Assembly (NCBI RefSeq): GCF_009914755.1
Contig: NC_060937.1
DNA length: 64,000 bases
Strand: one strand, 5' to 3'
DNA from: the human T2T-CHM13v2.0 reference genome, Homo sapiens
Each line of letters opens with the position of its first letter. Within the stretch, counting starts at the first letter, position 1. Made by a program: the position numbers and the translations under genes. Below are positions 1 through 12,275 of the stretch, in pieces. Under the pieces are notes generated by a model. It did no database searches. It had not been told where the DNA came from and saw only the letters and a program-made list of their open reading frames with translations.

Positions 1-860
1 TTTGTGCAGCCTCAGAATATGGTGCCCTGCATTCGAGCCATGGCTAAAAGTGGCCAATGCACAGCTCAGGCCATTGATTCAGAGGGTGCAAGCTTCAAGC
101 CTTGGCTGCTCACACATGGTGATGGACCTGCAGGTGAACAGGAGTCAAGAATTAAGGTACGGGAACAACTGCCTAGATTTCAGATGATGTGTAGACACAT
201 CTAGATGTCCAAGCAGATGTTTGTTGCAGGGGTAGAGCCTTCATGGAGAACACCTGCTAGAGCAGTGCAAAAGGGAAATTTGGATTTGGGGCCCCCACAC
301 AGATTCCCCATTGTGGTAATGCCTAGTGGAGTTGTGAGAAGAGGGTCAACATCCTCAAGACTCCAGAATGGTAAATCCACTGACAGCTTGAACTGTACTG
401 CAAAAGCCACAGACACTCAATGCCAGCTCATGAAAGCAGCCAGGAGTGGGGCTGTACCTTGAAAAGCCACAGGGGCACAGCTGTCTTAGGGCATCTGAGC
501 CCACCTCTTGCATCAGGAAGACCAGGATGTGAGACAGGAAGTGAAAGATCATTTTGGAGCTTAAGATTTGACTACCCTGCTAGATTTCACACTTGCATTT
601 GTTTTGGCCAATTTCTCCCACTGGGAACAGTGTATTTACCCAATGCCTGCAACCTCATTATAACTAGGAAGTAACTAAATTGCTTTTGATTGTACAGGCT
701 CATAGGTAGAAGGGACTTGCCTTGTCTCAGATGAGACTTTGGACTGTGGACTTTTGGGTTAGTGTTGGAATGAGTTAAGACTTTGGGTGACTGTTAGGGA
801 GGCATAATTGGTTTTGAAATGTGAAAGGGACATGAGATTTGAGAGGGTCTAGGGGCAGAA
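1..860 (+). mobile_element. THE1 internal region (ERVL-MaLR), 3' part, truncated by the window start
   Basis: ORF 205..462 (KQMFVAGVEPSWRTPARAVQKGN) is homologous to the THE1 internal frame at 9158..9568. Ends in the polypurine tract gagagggtctaggggcagaa right before the LTR. Confidence 0.93.
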
Positions 861-1226
861 TGATATGGTTAGGCTTCATGTCCCCACCCGAATTGTAATC
901 CCCATAATCCCCACATGTCAAGGGAGAGAACAGGTGGAGGTAATTGAATCATGGGGCAGTTTCACTCATGCTGTTCTCATGATAGTGAGTAATTTCTAAT
1001 GAGATTTTATGGTTTTATAAGGGGCTCTTCCCCACTTCACTTGGCACTTCTCTTTCCTGCTGTCTTATTAAGAAGATGACTTTCTTCCTCTTTGCCTTCT
1101 GCCATGATTGTAAGTTTCCTGAGGCCTCTCAGCCATGCTGAACTGTGAGTCAATGAGAGCTCTTTCCTTTATGAATTACCCAGTCTCATGCAGTGCTTTA
1201 TAGTACTTTGAAAATGGAATAATACA
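861..1226 (+). mobile_element. THE1D-type 3' LTR
   Basis: Starts tgatatggtt and ends taataca. The stretch gaattgtaatccccataatccccacatgtcaagggagag..caggtggaggtaattgaatc matches the remembered THE1D consensus. Confidence 0.9.
941..951 (+). promoter_or_regulatory. DUX4-type motif TAATTGAATCA in the THE1D LTR
   Basis: Exact match to TAAYBBAATCA. THE1/MST LTRs are established DUX4 targets. Occupancy at this copy is not shown. Confidence 0.55.
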
Positions 1227-1539
1227 GAGGTGGAAAAAGAGAAAGGAGAGATGTGAGAGGGAGATATCAACATTTTCTATAGATGTCTATAGAAAAATTC
1301 TTGCTATCCTCTATTCAATCAGGACTACAGGTTCTTATGCAAGAGCTCATCCATATTTATCACAGCTCTTATTAAAATCTAGCATACTTAATTTTTTATT
1401 TCCTAAATTATTTAATGGCCTATATCAGCTGGTGTCTTCTTGAAGGTATTGTAGACATTCAATAATGAATTGTTGATTAAGTGATTTATTGAATAAATAA
1501 CAGTTCAACTGAATAGCTCATTAAATAATACTAATAACG

Positions 1540-1686
1540 ACATGGTGGAGCATGCCTGTAGTCCCTGCTAATCAGGAGGATGAGGTGGGAGTACCACTTG
1601 AGCCCTGGAGGTGGAGGTTGCAGAGAGCTGAGATTGTGCCAGTGCACTCCAGCCTGGGAGAGAGAATGAGACTCCATCTCAAAAAA
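1540..1686 (+). mobile_element. Alu right monomer (FRAM or truncated AluJ)
   Basis: catgcctgtagtccc..gaggtgggagtaccacttgagccc..gagactccatctcaaaaaa; no left arm. Confidence 0.9.
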
Positions 1687-2139
1687 TGAATGCATAAATA
1701 CTGAGAAAATTGATCTCAAGTAAAAATAATGTTTACTAAAAACTGATTTGAAAATAACGACCCAAAAATATTTGCATGATCCTCTCTAATGATACACTGA
1801 AGTTTGGGAAAAGATCAAGTGAGGTAAGGATGGAGAAGTCATTGCACTTTTAAATGCCCACACCCAAGGAATATTACTAGGATACAACAATGAGTCAGCT
1901 CCCATGAAATTACAGCCATAAATCACACTAATGTTATGAAGATGAATTCTAGTCAAAAGGATTTGGGCCATTTGAAAACTTCTTAATCGAAATAGTTGCA
2001 GAAAATGCAATTGAATTTTGTATAAAAAATAAAAGTCTGTGACTCCTTAGTGACTCCTCATTACAAGGATAAAACTCGTGATTTTTTAATGGTTCAGAAC
2101 AACAGGATCAAGATAAGGAAAATAGATTATGAATGTTAT

Positions 2140-2330
2140 GGTGGGAGTGCAGGCTTAGTTGGGTTCAATTCCCAGCTTTTCCACTTACTAGCAACATGAC
2201 CAAAGACAATTTAATGTTGTGTATTTATATCTTTATGCTTAAAGTGGTGAAAATAATAGCACACACCTTATAGATTTAGTTTTTAAGTGAAATGAGTTAG
2301 ATATTTTGGAAAACACATGCCAAATGTTAA
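2140..2330 (+). mobile_element. MIR SINE relic
   Basis: MIR core gggttcaattcccagcttttccacttactagc followed by aataatagc..aaatgagttagat. Confidence 0.7.
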
Positions 2331-2943
2331 ATCCTGCATGTGTTTAATATCTCACAACACTGACTCAAAATCACTATTGAGATACAGGGATTTAAGGACT
2401 ATTCTTTTTTTTTCTTTCTTCTTTTTTTGTTTTATAAAATAACTGGGATTTTAGCAAATAGATTATCTTGAGAGAATCTCTACTTTTATATTTTACAATT
2501 ACAATGTGACTCTGAATTTGCAAAAATAAAATTTTGCCTTGGAAAACATGTTAATAAGGAAGGAAGGTGGTAGGATAAAATTATAGTATAGTCTTTTTAA
2601 AATTTCTTTTGAGACTATGTGACAAATATGCTGTCATACATCTTGATATGTAGTAAGCTGCTGTATGGTCAATTTGGGTTACAACACGGAGCTCTGTTGA
2701 ACTTACCATAGAAGAGTAAGGTTTTTGAACTGTTAGGGCCATTATTTTTAAAAACATATTATTTCAACTTTTGCTCTTAGACTTTTCACACCAAATTTCT
2801 ACTTTGTTGAAGTTTAAGAGCAGTTTTTTGACATTTAAAAGGCAGATGCACTCCTGAGGGATTCACTGGTAAAAGCCATTAGTGAATTTGCTGATATAAA
2901 ACTTGCATGATAGCATAAATCTTTTACAGAGTGTCTTTGGAAA

Positions 2944-2946
<3 letters not shown>

Positions 2947-2986
<40 letters not shown>

Positions 2987-3061
2987 TGTGTGTGTTTGAG
3001 AGAGAGAAAGAGAGAGAGAGAAACACAGAGAGAGAAGGAGAGAGAGAAAGAAAGAGAGAGG
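2947..3061. repeat. Compound microsatellite: (TG)n followed by a (GA)n-rich purine tract
   Basis: Directly visible. Confidence 0.97.
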
Positions 3062-3699
3062 TTAGATGGTAATTGTAAATTACATTACATGAGTCTTCAG
3101 CATAAGCCTTCCACATAACACTTTTTGATGTTTAATAAAACAGAATCACAAAAACTGTATCTTCAGAGGCCTTGTTATGCTATCATATGAATGAATATCC
3201 ATGCCATAGGTTTTGAGAAGCCATATATAAATAAGTTTGGGGAAATTTTATTTATAAAACTGATAAAGTGATTTTACTTTTCTTTTCTGGAAACTTTGGC
3301 TGCCTATCAACTGTGGAGCCATAAGAATAACACTTCACATGAGTTCTATATATATCACAACTATAAAAGATTAAGGTAAAGGTATTATATTCATATCTAT
3401 ATTTCTACTTTATTTTGATCATTTGATGTTTAGAAATAAAGCAGAGGGGAAGAGAAGTACACTGTTTGCAATAATAATTATAACTTCTCTAGTTAAATGT
3501 ATAATGTAGTATTTTTAGCAGAAAAGATCTCTTTGCAGCTAATTTTGAAACTTTAAGAAGTCAAAATTAGACTTCTGACTTTGGGAAAAGTTGATGTAGA
3601 TCTATTTTTCTGGCTTCTACGATTACCTCCCCACCCACTTCTTCCACAAAGTACACCTAAATATCCTGAACATAATTTGACAAATATAACCATGAAATG

Positions 3700-4870
3700 A
3701 TTATGAATAGGTATTATAGAATGGAAACATGAAATAATTGAAATAAAAACCTTGCTAGATGAGTTCAATAGTACAATGGAGATGATAGCAGAGAACAGAA
3801 TTAGTGAACTGGAAGACTCATCAATAGTGTTTGCTCGATCTTAACAACACAGAGAAATCGACTTTAAAAATACACAGAGTCTAAATGATATGTAAAAAGG
3901 TAACAAAAGATTTAGCATCCATATCACTGCAGTCCCAGAAGGAGAGGGAAAAATGAAAGGGCAGGACAAACATTTAAAGAAATAATATCTGAAAATACCC
4001 AAACTTGTTAAGACATGAACCCACATACTTAAGAAGCTGAGCAAACCCCAAAGATGATTAAAAACAAACAAATGAAACCTTTAACAAGACAGACAAGAAT
4101 TATACTTATAAAAACTATAGAAAAAAAAAACACCTTAAGAACCAGAGAGAAGCAACACATAATCTCTAGAGGAATGCAAGTTCAAATGACAGCCCACTTC
4201 TCATCCAAAACCATTGAGACCAAAAGCAAATAGTGGAATACATTTTTAACCTTTTAACAAAATTGCCAAAGTAACTCTTCTGTCAGGTGCAGCTATCCTT
4301 TACAGGTAAAAAAAGAAAGCCATTCTCAAAGAAAAACTAAGAAATTTTGCCACCATAGGATCTACCCTTAAGGCATGCAAGAAAGAATTTTGCCAATGGA
4401 AATAAAGTGATAACAAAAGAGTAGAAACTTCAGACAAGGATAAAACAATGTATAACAATGTGGATAAACATGTAGACTATCCTTCATTTCAAGAGTTTCT
4501 TAATCAGATTTAATGGTGGAAACAGAATTTATATTATAACTTAATTGATATGGGGCTCAATGTGTGTAGAGAAAATATTTAAGAAAACTGAATTTTGAAA
4601 ATGGGAGATTTAAGTAGATCTAAATTAAAGTAAATTTTCTAAATATTGATGTCAATAGGCTATAAGTTCATGCATAGAAACACTAGAACAAGCATTAAGA
4701 AATCTATACAAACACTTAAACACACTAGCAAAGGTAAATAAAAACTAAAGTGACAGAAAAAGCTATATCATCAAAATGTATCATAGACTTAAGTGTAACA
4801 TGTAAAGCTATACAAATTTTAGGGGAAAAATTAGAAGATCTTCGAAATCTAGGGCTAAGTCAAGAATTAT
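3700..4870 (+). mobile_element. Ancient L1M fragment (ORF1 and inter-ORF remnant)
   Basis: gaattagtgaactggaagac, gtcccagaaggagag, aaagaaataatatctgaaaa and ttctcatccaaaaccattgagacc are L1M ORF1-like motifs with many stops. Confidence 0.8.
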
Positions 4871-5049
4871 TAGACTTACTACGCTCTACCCCAGGGTGTG
4901 CAAAACAGAAATTTTCCAAACAGAAATAAAGTGAGAGCACAATCCTCAGTCTAATTTTCAAAAATAATAATTAATAATTATTTACTTTTTCCTTAAAACA
5001 CTTTTAAGTTTGGATTATTTTTTATTATTTTGTATTCATTTCAAAAATA

Positions 5050-5790
5050 ATGCCACATTTCTCTATTGCTAAAACCATAATCCAAGCTATGTTCTTATGC
5101 TTGGACTACATCGGCATGTCACCTGAACCGCCCTCTCAAGTATTTCCCCATAGAACCATGGGAGTGGATGTTGCTAAGTACAAATATGCTTATATCTCCC
5201 ATTTATTTCTTACATATATTTATTGGACAATTAGTATAAATCATATATTATTTAATAGAAGTTGTTTACTCTTCTGCTTACAATTCATTAGTTGTTTCTT
5301 AATCTACCTGCCTATAATTCAGTTATCTTATCATTGCCTTCAAGGTCCTGTATAACCTGATAGGTCTCTAATCTCCTCATCTAATGTCTCTCAACTCTTT
5401 ACATATCTCTATTCACTATGACCAAAGCACAAGGGCCTTTTTTTGTCTTTCAGCATATCAAAGTAGTCCCAATTTTAGGGCCTTACCCCATCTTGTTCCT
5501 TGTCCATGGATCAGTTTCACCTGGATGTTCGCCTGCAAGTTCGCATGCACTCATTTGAGATTTCCTCAGAGCAGCCTTCCTGGAATACAAAGTAAAAGCA
5601 ATCCCTGTCACGTTAACCTATCTACTTGTATTCCACATATCAGTAAAATAAACTAAGTCATTAATTTGCATGATTCTTGAATCATTTGTCATAGTTTGGC
5701 AATCTTTTGACAGAAAGTCAATCATGTTCACCACTTTTCACCAGTACCTAAACAAGGTAGAAGACATTAAGTAAATTTTGATTGATTAAT
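5050..5790 (+). mobile_element. L2 LINE 3' relic
   Basis: ccttcaaggtcctgtataacctg, ttagggcctt and the terminal ccagtaccta..gtagaagacattaagtaaattttgattgattaat. Confidence 0.65.
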
Positions 5791-6839
5791 AGCCTCATTT
5801 AACAATCTTGGTTTTGAATCCAATGATGCTTGATATTAATAGTCAAACATTCTTTTTAAAAATTTGTTGTCCTTGGTATGTCTTAATCTATAACTTTATT
5901 TTCAGCCTATGCATTGTCCTTTTTTTGGTGCCTTTTTGAATATTTCATTATAGCTAAACCTCATAAATTTGAAAATTTAATCTGATTTTGTCATTTGTTC
6001 AAATAATTAAACCCATTCAAGTTTTGGGAAAATGTATGCCTTCCTTTTTAGTTATATTTACTATTTTTATCTCTTATTTTACTGTTTTCTCTAACTTTAA
6101 ATGGGTTTGCTTGGCCAGGTTAGATTTCATTCTCTTTTCTTAATTTGGAAAGTTTCTGATGTCTTTTCATTATTATAATGGTAAACTTCTGGCTACTATC
6201 AATTATACTTAAATTTGTATTTTTGTTACCATGGCAGCATTAAAATAGCTTTTTAATATTCTATGATAAATAATACTGTAATAATAAAAAAGTAAGCAAT
6301 ACATTTATAATCTGTAATAATTGGAAAATAAGTAGAAAATATTTTCTGAAGAATAATGAATTTCACTTTATGAAAATTTTGTCTTTGATATTTATTATCG
6401 TATATGTTATTTTCTCTATGGCCTAGACAATCTGTGTTTTCCTATCTAAGATATAAGATATCTATGCTGTCACCTTCTATTTCCCGCACTAATTTTACTG
6501 GAGAAATATGCATATAAATACATATTTATATTTATATATGTAAGAATGTGTAGGATGAAATATATGTATATCTGTGTATATATGTATTCCTTTATACATT
6601 AGAAAATATAATCTGCACCATTTATAAGAGTGGTTTTTTCCTTATAAATTTGCCATAGTACATTATACACATTTTTATCTGAAGTGATTTGTTATTTTAT
6701 ACAAAGTATACATTAGTCCTAAATTCTGCTTACTATAAGGCATAACAAAGGAACTGGCATAGAATTATGTTTTAGTCTTAGAAATTTTTTATTGATATGA
6801 ATGTTATATGTTGATAATATATATATAAATGACAAAAAA

Positions 6840-7700
6840 AACACTTCTATCCGGAATGTACAAATCACATACAAATCAATAAGAAATAGGCAAACAACCC
6901 AAAAGAAGGGGACATAACTAGGACAGATTCTTTAAATAGGAGGATTACGAGAGAACAATACATGTATTGACAAAGTCCTCAGTACCACTACTTACCAGGG
7001 AAATGTAAATTAAAACCACTATGTGATATCATTGAACATATGTTGTACCATGGGTACAAATAAATATATTGAGAATAGAAAATATTGACATAGATTTGCT
7101 CTACTTGGGCCTCCTATTCATTGTCTGTGGAAGTGGAAATTTCCAATTAGAAATACTGACAGTACCAACTTCAACCAAGTACAGGTGTACAGTATGCAAA
7201 ATTTTCATTGCTACTTATAGATCCCTGATAAATGGGTGCCCATGTCCATGAAACAAGCAAGGAAACCAAAGTCTGCAGCTATTCATAGCAGTTTTATTTA
7301 TAATAGCCCCAAACTTTAAAAATGACTACAATATTTTTTAGTCTTAGAATGAATTCATAAATTATGGTGTATTTCTTAATGCAACAACATGATGAATCCT
7401 ACAAATATAATGATAGTGAAAAGCAGTCACACACAAGAGAGTAATATACTATCTAATTCCATTTATATGACATTCAAGAATTGGTAAAATCACCTCAGAG
7501 TGATACATATTAGAATAGAAATTACCTCCAGGAGTGATATTAACTTAGAAGGGACATAAGAAATCCTCCTAGGCTGCTGACAGTGTTCTATATTTTGAAC
7601 TGAGTAATGGTTACACAGTATTTATACATGTAAAATTAATTGAGGTGTGGAGTTGATATCTTCACTTTTGTATATATAAATTATACTTCAACATTAAAAA
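6840..7700 (+). mobile_element. Old L1 (L1MC/L1ME) 3' end
   Basis: caaatcaataagaaa..caacccaa, gggaaatgtaaattaaaaccac, ttcatagcagttttatttataatagcccc and aaattatacttcaa. Confidence 0.8.
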
Positions 7701-8504
7701 ATTCAATGCAAAGTCTATTTTCTTTAAATAATTTTAAATCAGGAATACATGGGTAAAGCAGATAATTACATTAAATATGGGTAGCTGTGAACAGCTCCTG
7801 TACATATGCATAAGCTGTACATTTTTCAACTTTTTTATGGCACATTTGAAACCTAAATGTTGTGTACATTACTAAAGTGCTTGTTTTTCACTGATGTAGA
7901 GAATTTCTGTATGCAATTTTATTATATTATATATAGTTATAAAAGTGACAGGAATTTGTGCAGAATTTATGTTTATCTTAAAATTTAAAATCATACAAAT
8001 CATGGATTTGAATATAAATAATAAATATACTGTTTGCTTACTATGAAAAAAAGTACATTATTAGAAATAGATAAGCAAGTATCACTATTAGAAGGGAAGT
8101 AACCCCTAATTACAAAACATAAAACCTATTGGATTTTGCACTAGGTTGTAGGAAATACTTTCATACAAAATATATCCCTGATGATGGCAAATTCATAAAA
8201 AGGAGAAAGAATAAGAGCATCTGATGGAAGAAAACAATAATTAATTTATAATTGCTCTAAGTAATGACTAATGGAAAGAAAATCATAGCAGAAATTTTAG
8301 GACAAGTAATATCAACAATGTACTAAATATATGAAAAAAATGTTTATCATAAAATATTTTAAATATTTTTCATCCATCTGTACCTCCCTAGTTTATGTTA
8401 TTATCTTTATCAAATTCAATTTTCTTAAAATATATTTTATATTGTTAGTTATTAGCTATTTACTTCTATCTGGTGAGTAGTAGCTGTTTTACTAGATTTA
8501 GTTT

Positions 8505-11046
8505 TTAATTTCTCATTTTTATGTGTACATGGAAGGTGTCTGTATTAGTCTGTTTCATGTTGCTCATAAGGACATACCCGAGACTGGGAAGAAAAATAGA
8601 TTTAATTTGACTTACAGTTCCACATGGCAGGGGAGGCCTCAGAATCATGGCAGGAGGTGAAAGGCACTTCTTACATGGTGGTGGCAAAAGAAAATGAGGA
8701 AGAAGCAAAATTGGAAACCCTGGATAATCCCATCAGATCTCATGAGACTTATTAACAATCATGAGAATAGCACAAAAAAGACCAGCCCCCATGTTTTAAT
8801 TACCTCCCCCTGGGTTCCACCCATGGCATGTGGGAATTCTGGGAGCTACAATTCAAGTTGAGATTTGGGTTGGGACACAGCCAAACCATATCATTCTGCC
8901 CCTGACTCCTCCAAATCTTATGTGCTCATATTTCCAAACCAGTCACGCCTTCCCAACAGCCCCTGAAAGTCTTAACTCATTTCAGCATTAGCCCAAAAGT
9001 CAACAGCCCAAAATCTCATCTGAGACAAGGCTAGTCCCTTCCACCTATGAGCCTGTAAAATCAAAAGCAAGCTAGGTACTTCCTAGATACAATAGGGGTA
9101 CAGGTATTGGGTAAATACAGCCTTTCCAAATTGGAGAAATTAGCCAAAACAAAGGGGTTAAGGGCCTATGCAAGTCTGAAATCCAGCAGGGCAGTCAAAT
9201 TTTAAAGCTCCAAAATGATCTCCTTTCACTCCAGGTCTCACATCCAGGTCACACTCATGCAAGAGGTGGGTATCCATGGTCTTGGGCAGCACTATCCCTG
9301 TGGCTTTGCAGGGTACAGCTACACCCCCAGCTACTTTCACAGGCTGGCATTGAGTGGCTGCAGCTTTTCCAGGTGCATGGTGCAAGCTGTTGATGGATCT
9401 ACCATTCTGGGGTCTAGAGAATGGTGGCCCTCTTCTTACAGCTCCACTAGGCATTGGCCCAGTGGGTCCTCTATGTGGGGGCTCCAATCCCACATCTCCT
9501 TTCTGAACTGCCCTAGAGGAGGTATTCCATGAGGGCCCTGGCCCTGCAGCAAACTTTTGCCTGGGCATTCAGGCATTTCCATACATCTTCTGAAATCTAG
9601 GCGGAGGTTCCCAAACCTCAATTACTGACTTTTGTGCACCTGCAGGCTCAACACCACATGGGAGCTGCCAAGGCTTCAGGCTTCCACACTCTGAAGCCAC
9701 AGCCCGAGCTGTAAGTTGGCCCCTTTCAGCCATGGCTGGAGTGGCTCAGACACAGGGCAACATGTTCCTAGGCTGCACACAGTACCAGCGACCTGGGGCC
9801 CAGCCTGCAAAACCACTTTTTCCTCCTGGACCTCCAGACCTGTGATGGGAGGGGCTGCCATGAACGTCTCTGACATGGCCCGGAGACATCTTCCTCATGT
9901 TCTTGGGGATTAACATTAGGCTTCTTGCTACTTATGCAAATTTTTGCAGCCAGCTTGAATTTCTCTCCAGAAAATGAGTTTTTCTTTTCTATCATATAGT
10001 CAGGCTGCAAATTTTCCAAACTTTTATGCTCTGCTTCCCTTATAAAACTGAATGCCTTAGACAGAACCCAAGTCACCTCTTGAATGCTTTGCTGTTTAGA
10101 AATTTCCTCTGCCAGATGCTCTAAATCATCTTTCTCAAGTTCAAAGTTTCACAAACCTCTAGGGCAGGGGCAAAATGCCACCACTCTCTTTTCTAAAACA
10201 TAACAAGAGTTATTTTTACTCCAGTTCCCAATAAGTTCCTCATTTCCATCTGAGACCACCTCAGCCTAGACTTTATTGTCCATATCACTATCAGCATTTT
10301 GGGCAAAGCCATTCAAGAAGTCTCTAGGAAGTTTCACACTTTCCCACATTTTCCTGTCTTCTTCAAGCCCTCCAAACAGTTCCAACCTCTGCCTGTTACC
10401 CAGTTCCAAAGTTGCTTCCAAATTTTAAGGTATCTTTTCAGCAGTGCCCCACTATACTGGTACCAATTTACTGTATTATTCTGTTTTTACATTGCTGATA
10501 AAGACATACCTGAGACTGGGAAGAAAAAGAGGTTTAATTGAACTTACAGTTCCACATGGCTGAGTGGACATCAGAATCATGATGAGAGGCAAAAGGCATT
10601 TCTTACATGGCAGCGGCAAGAGAAAATGAGGAAGAAGCAAAAGTGGAAATCCCTGATAAACCCATCAGATCATGTGAGACTCACTAACTATCACAAGAAT
10701 AGCACAGGAAAGACTGGCCTCCATGATTTAATTACCTCTTCCTGCATCCCTCCCACAACACGTGGGAATTCTGAGAGATACAATTCAGGTTGAGATTTGG
10801 TGGGGACACAGGCAAACCATATCAATATCTATATTTATGGAGCACATGGAATATTTTGATACAGGCATACAATGTGTAATAATCACATCAGGTTAAATGG
10901 GGAATCAGTCACCTCAAGTGTTTGTCATTTCTTTGTACCATGAACATTTTGATTCCACTATTTTAGTTATTTTAAAATATACAATAAATTATTGTTGATT
11001 GTAGTCACCCTGTTGTGCTATCAAATACTAGATCCTATTCATTCTT
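8505..11046 (-). mobile_element. L1MA (L1MA2/3-like) 3' end, split by the THE1A provirus into 8505-8540 and 10825-11046
   Basis: gtacatggaaggtgtc joins to tatatttatggagcacatggaatattttgatacaggcatacaatgtgtaataatcacatcagg, which reads as a continuous L1MA 3' UTR. Confidence 0.8.
8541..10824 (-). mobile_element. Complete THE1A provirus (3' LTR 8541-8893, internal 8894-10471, 5' LTR 10472-10824)
   Basis: Two direct LTRs (tgtatt...catatca) with THE1A-type actgggaagaaaaa and gaaaatgaggaagaagcaaaa. Degraded 5-bp TSD gtgtc/atatc. Confidence 0.95.
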
Positions 11047-11309
11047 TGAAGACCTGATTTGGTTTAAAAAATATATTACTTATCTGGAGCAATATTACAA
11101 AATATTCTAAATTTCAAGTTATTTCAAAAATGCTTTGTATAAGAAGTTAACATTCAATGCTATTGAATACAAGGCATTGCATAAAATAAATGTAAAAAAT
11201 CCAAAAAAAGTTTAAATAGCTCTGTGACTATAGGTTGTTAGAATATTTGTTCTGTTTCTCTTTCATTCTACCCCATTTCACACAGAAAATGTGAAATTCT
11301 TATGATAGT

Positions 11310-11805
11310 CTCAAGTTCTTATGATCAAATCCAACACGGCCTGCACAGAAGTTAGCTCTTTGACTTCTCTATTGTTCACTCACTCTACCCAAGCTTTGGC
11401 TGTTCCCTTGTTCCTCCTCAAGCAGGTCCTGTTCTCTCATATCTCGAAGACTTTGACTGCTGTGCCTTTGTTCTAGACCATTCTGCCTCTGCCATACCTG
11501 TAACCAGTTTCTTCACTGTTTTCATGCCTTTTCTCTAATAGCTCTTTCCTAATGAGGCTCACCTAAGTGCATCACCACCCACCCCTAACATAATCCTGAC
11601 TCCCTTTAGCCTGCTCTTCTTTTTCTATTCCATATTTCTCCTTCTGTCATATAATCAACATTTTTTCTGTATTTATTTTGCTATTGTTTATTATCACCCC
11701 TCAACACAGAAAAATGGGAGTTTCATGTGGGAAAGAATCTGTGATTGATTTCAAGCATCTAGAGCATAGTAGGTGCTCAGTAAATATTTGTTGTTTATTG
11801 AAAAT
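11310..11805 (+). mobile_element. L2a-like LINE 3' end
   Basis: Terminal gcatagtaggtgctcagtaaatatttgttg with a pyrimidine-rich L2 body upstream. Confidence 0.8.
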
Positions 11806-11906
11806 AAATGGAGAGAAATAGTATCTATAGAAAATTTTCTAATCTGAATCAATAAGCACTTCAAGAAATTACTACTTTGAGGGACCAATCAAAATTTTAA
11901 AACAGT

Positions 11907-12275
11907 TTATATATAATATATGAATTATTAATATTATAATTATTAATATATATTAATCATATTTTATTACAATCATACTATAATTACAATATAATGTAAT
12001 TATAAAAATAACATAATATAATTATAATATAAATATAAAAATATAATTAATATATAATATAATATAATTATATAAATATAATAAAATTATATTATATTGT
12101 AACAATTACAATTATAATTATTAATATATAAATAATTAATATATAATTGTATAGTTTATATTACATTATTATATATAATAAAATATATATTATTTTATTA
12201 TTTATATAAAAGTGTATATATTATATATAATACATTATATTATAAATATTGTGATATGTTTTATATGTATATACA
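11907..12275. repeat. AT-rich low-complexity tract of degenerate (TATAA)n
   Basis: Almost only A/T for about 370 bp. Confidence 0.95.

Noticed and set aside
2039-2059. Short tandem repeats gtgactcct x2 (also tacaagttctgata x2 near 63261-63293)
   Set aside because: Ordinary slippage-size duplications with no supporting context.
9158-10076. 136-aa and 102-aa ORFs, with homologues at 205..462 and 45653..46716, as a gene family
   Set aside because: They are fragments of the MaLR internal ORF, broken by stops and frameshifts in all three copies.
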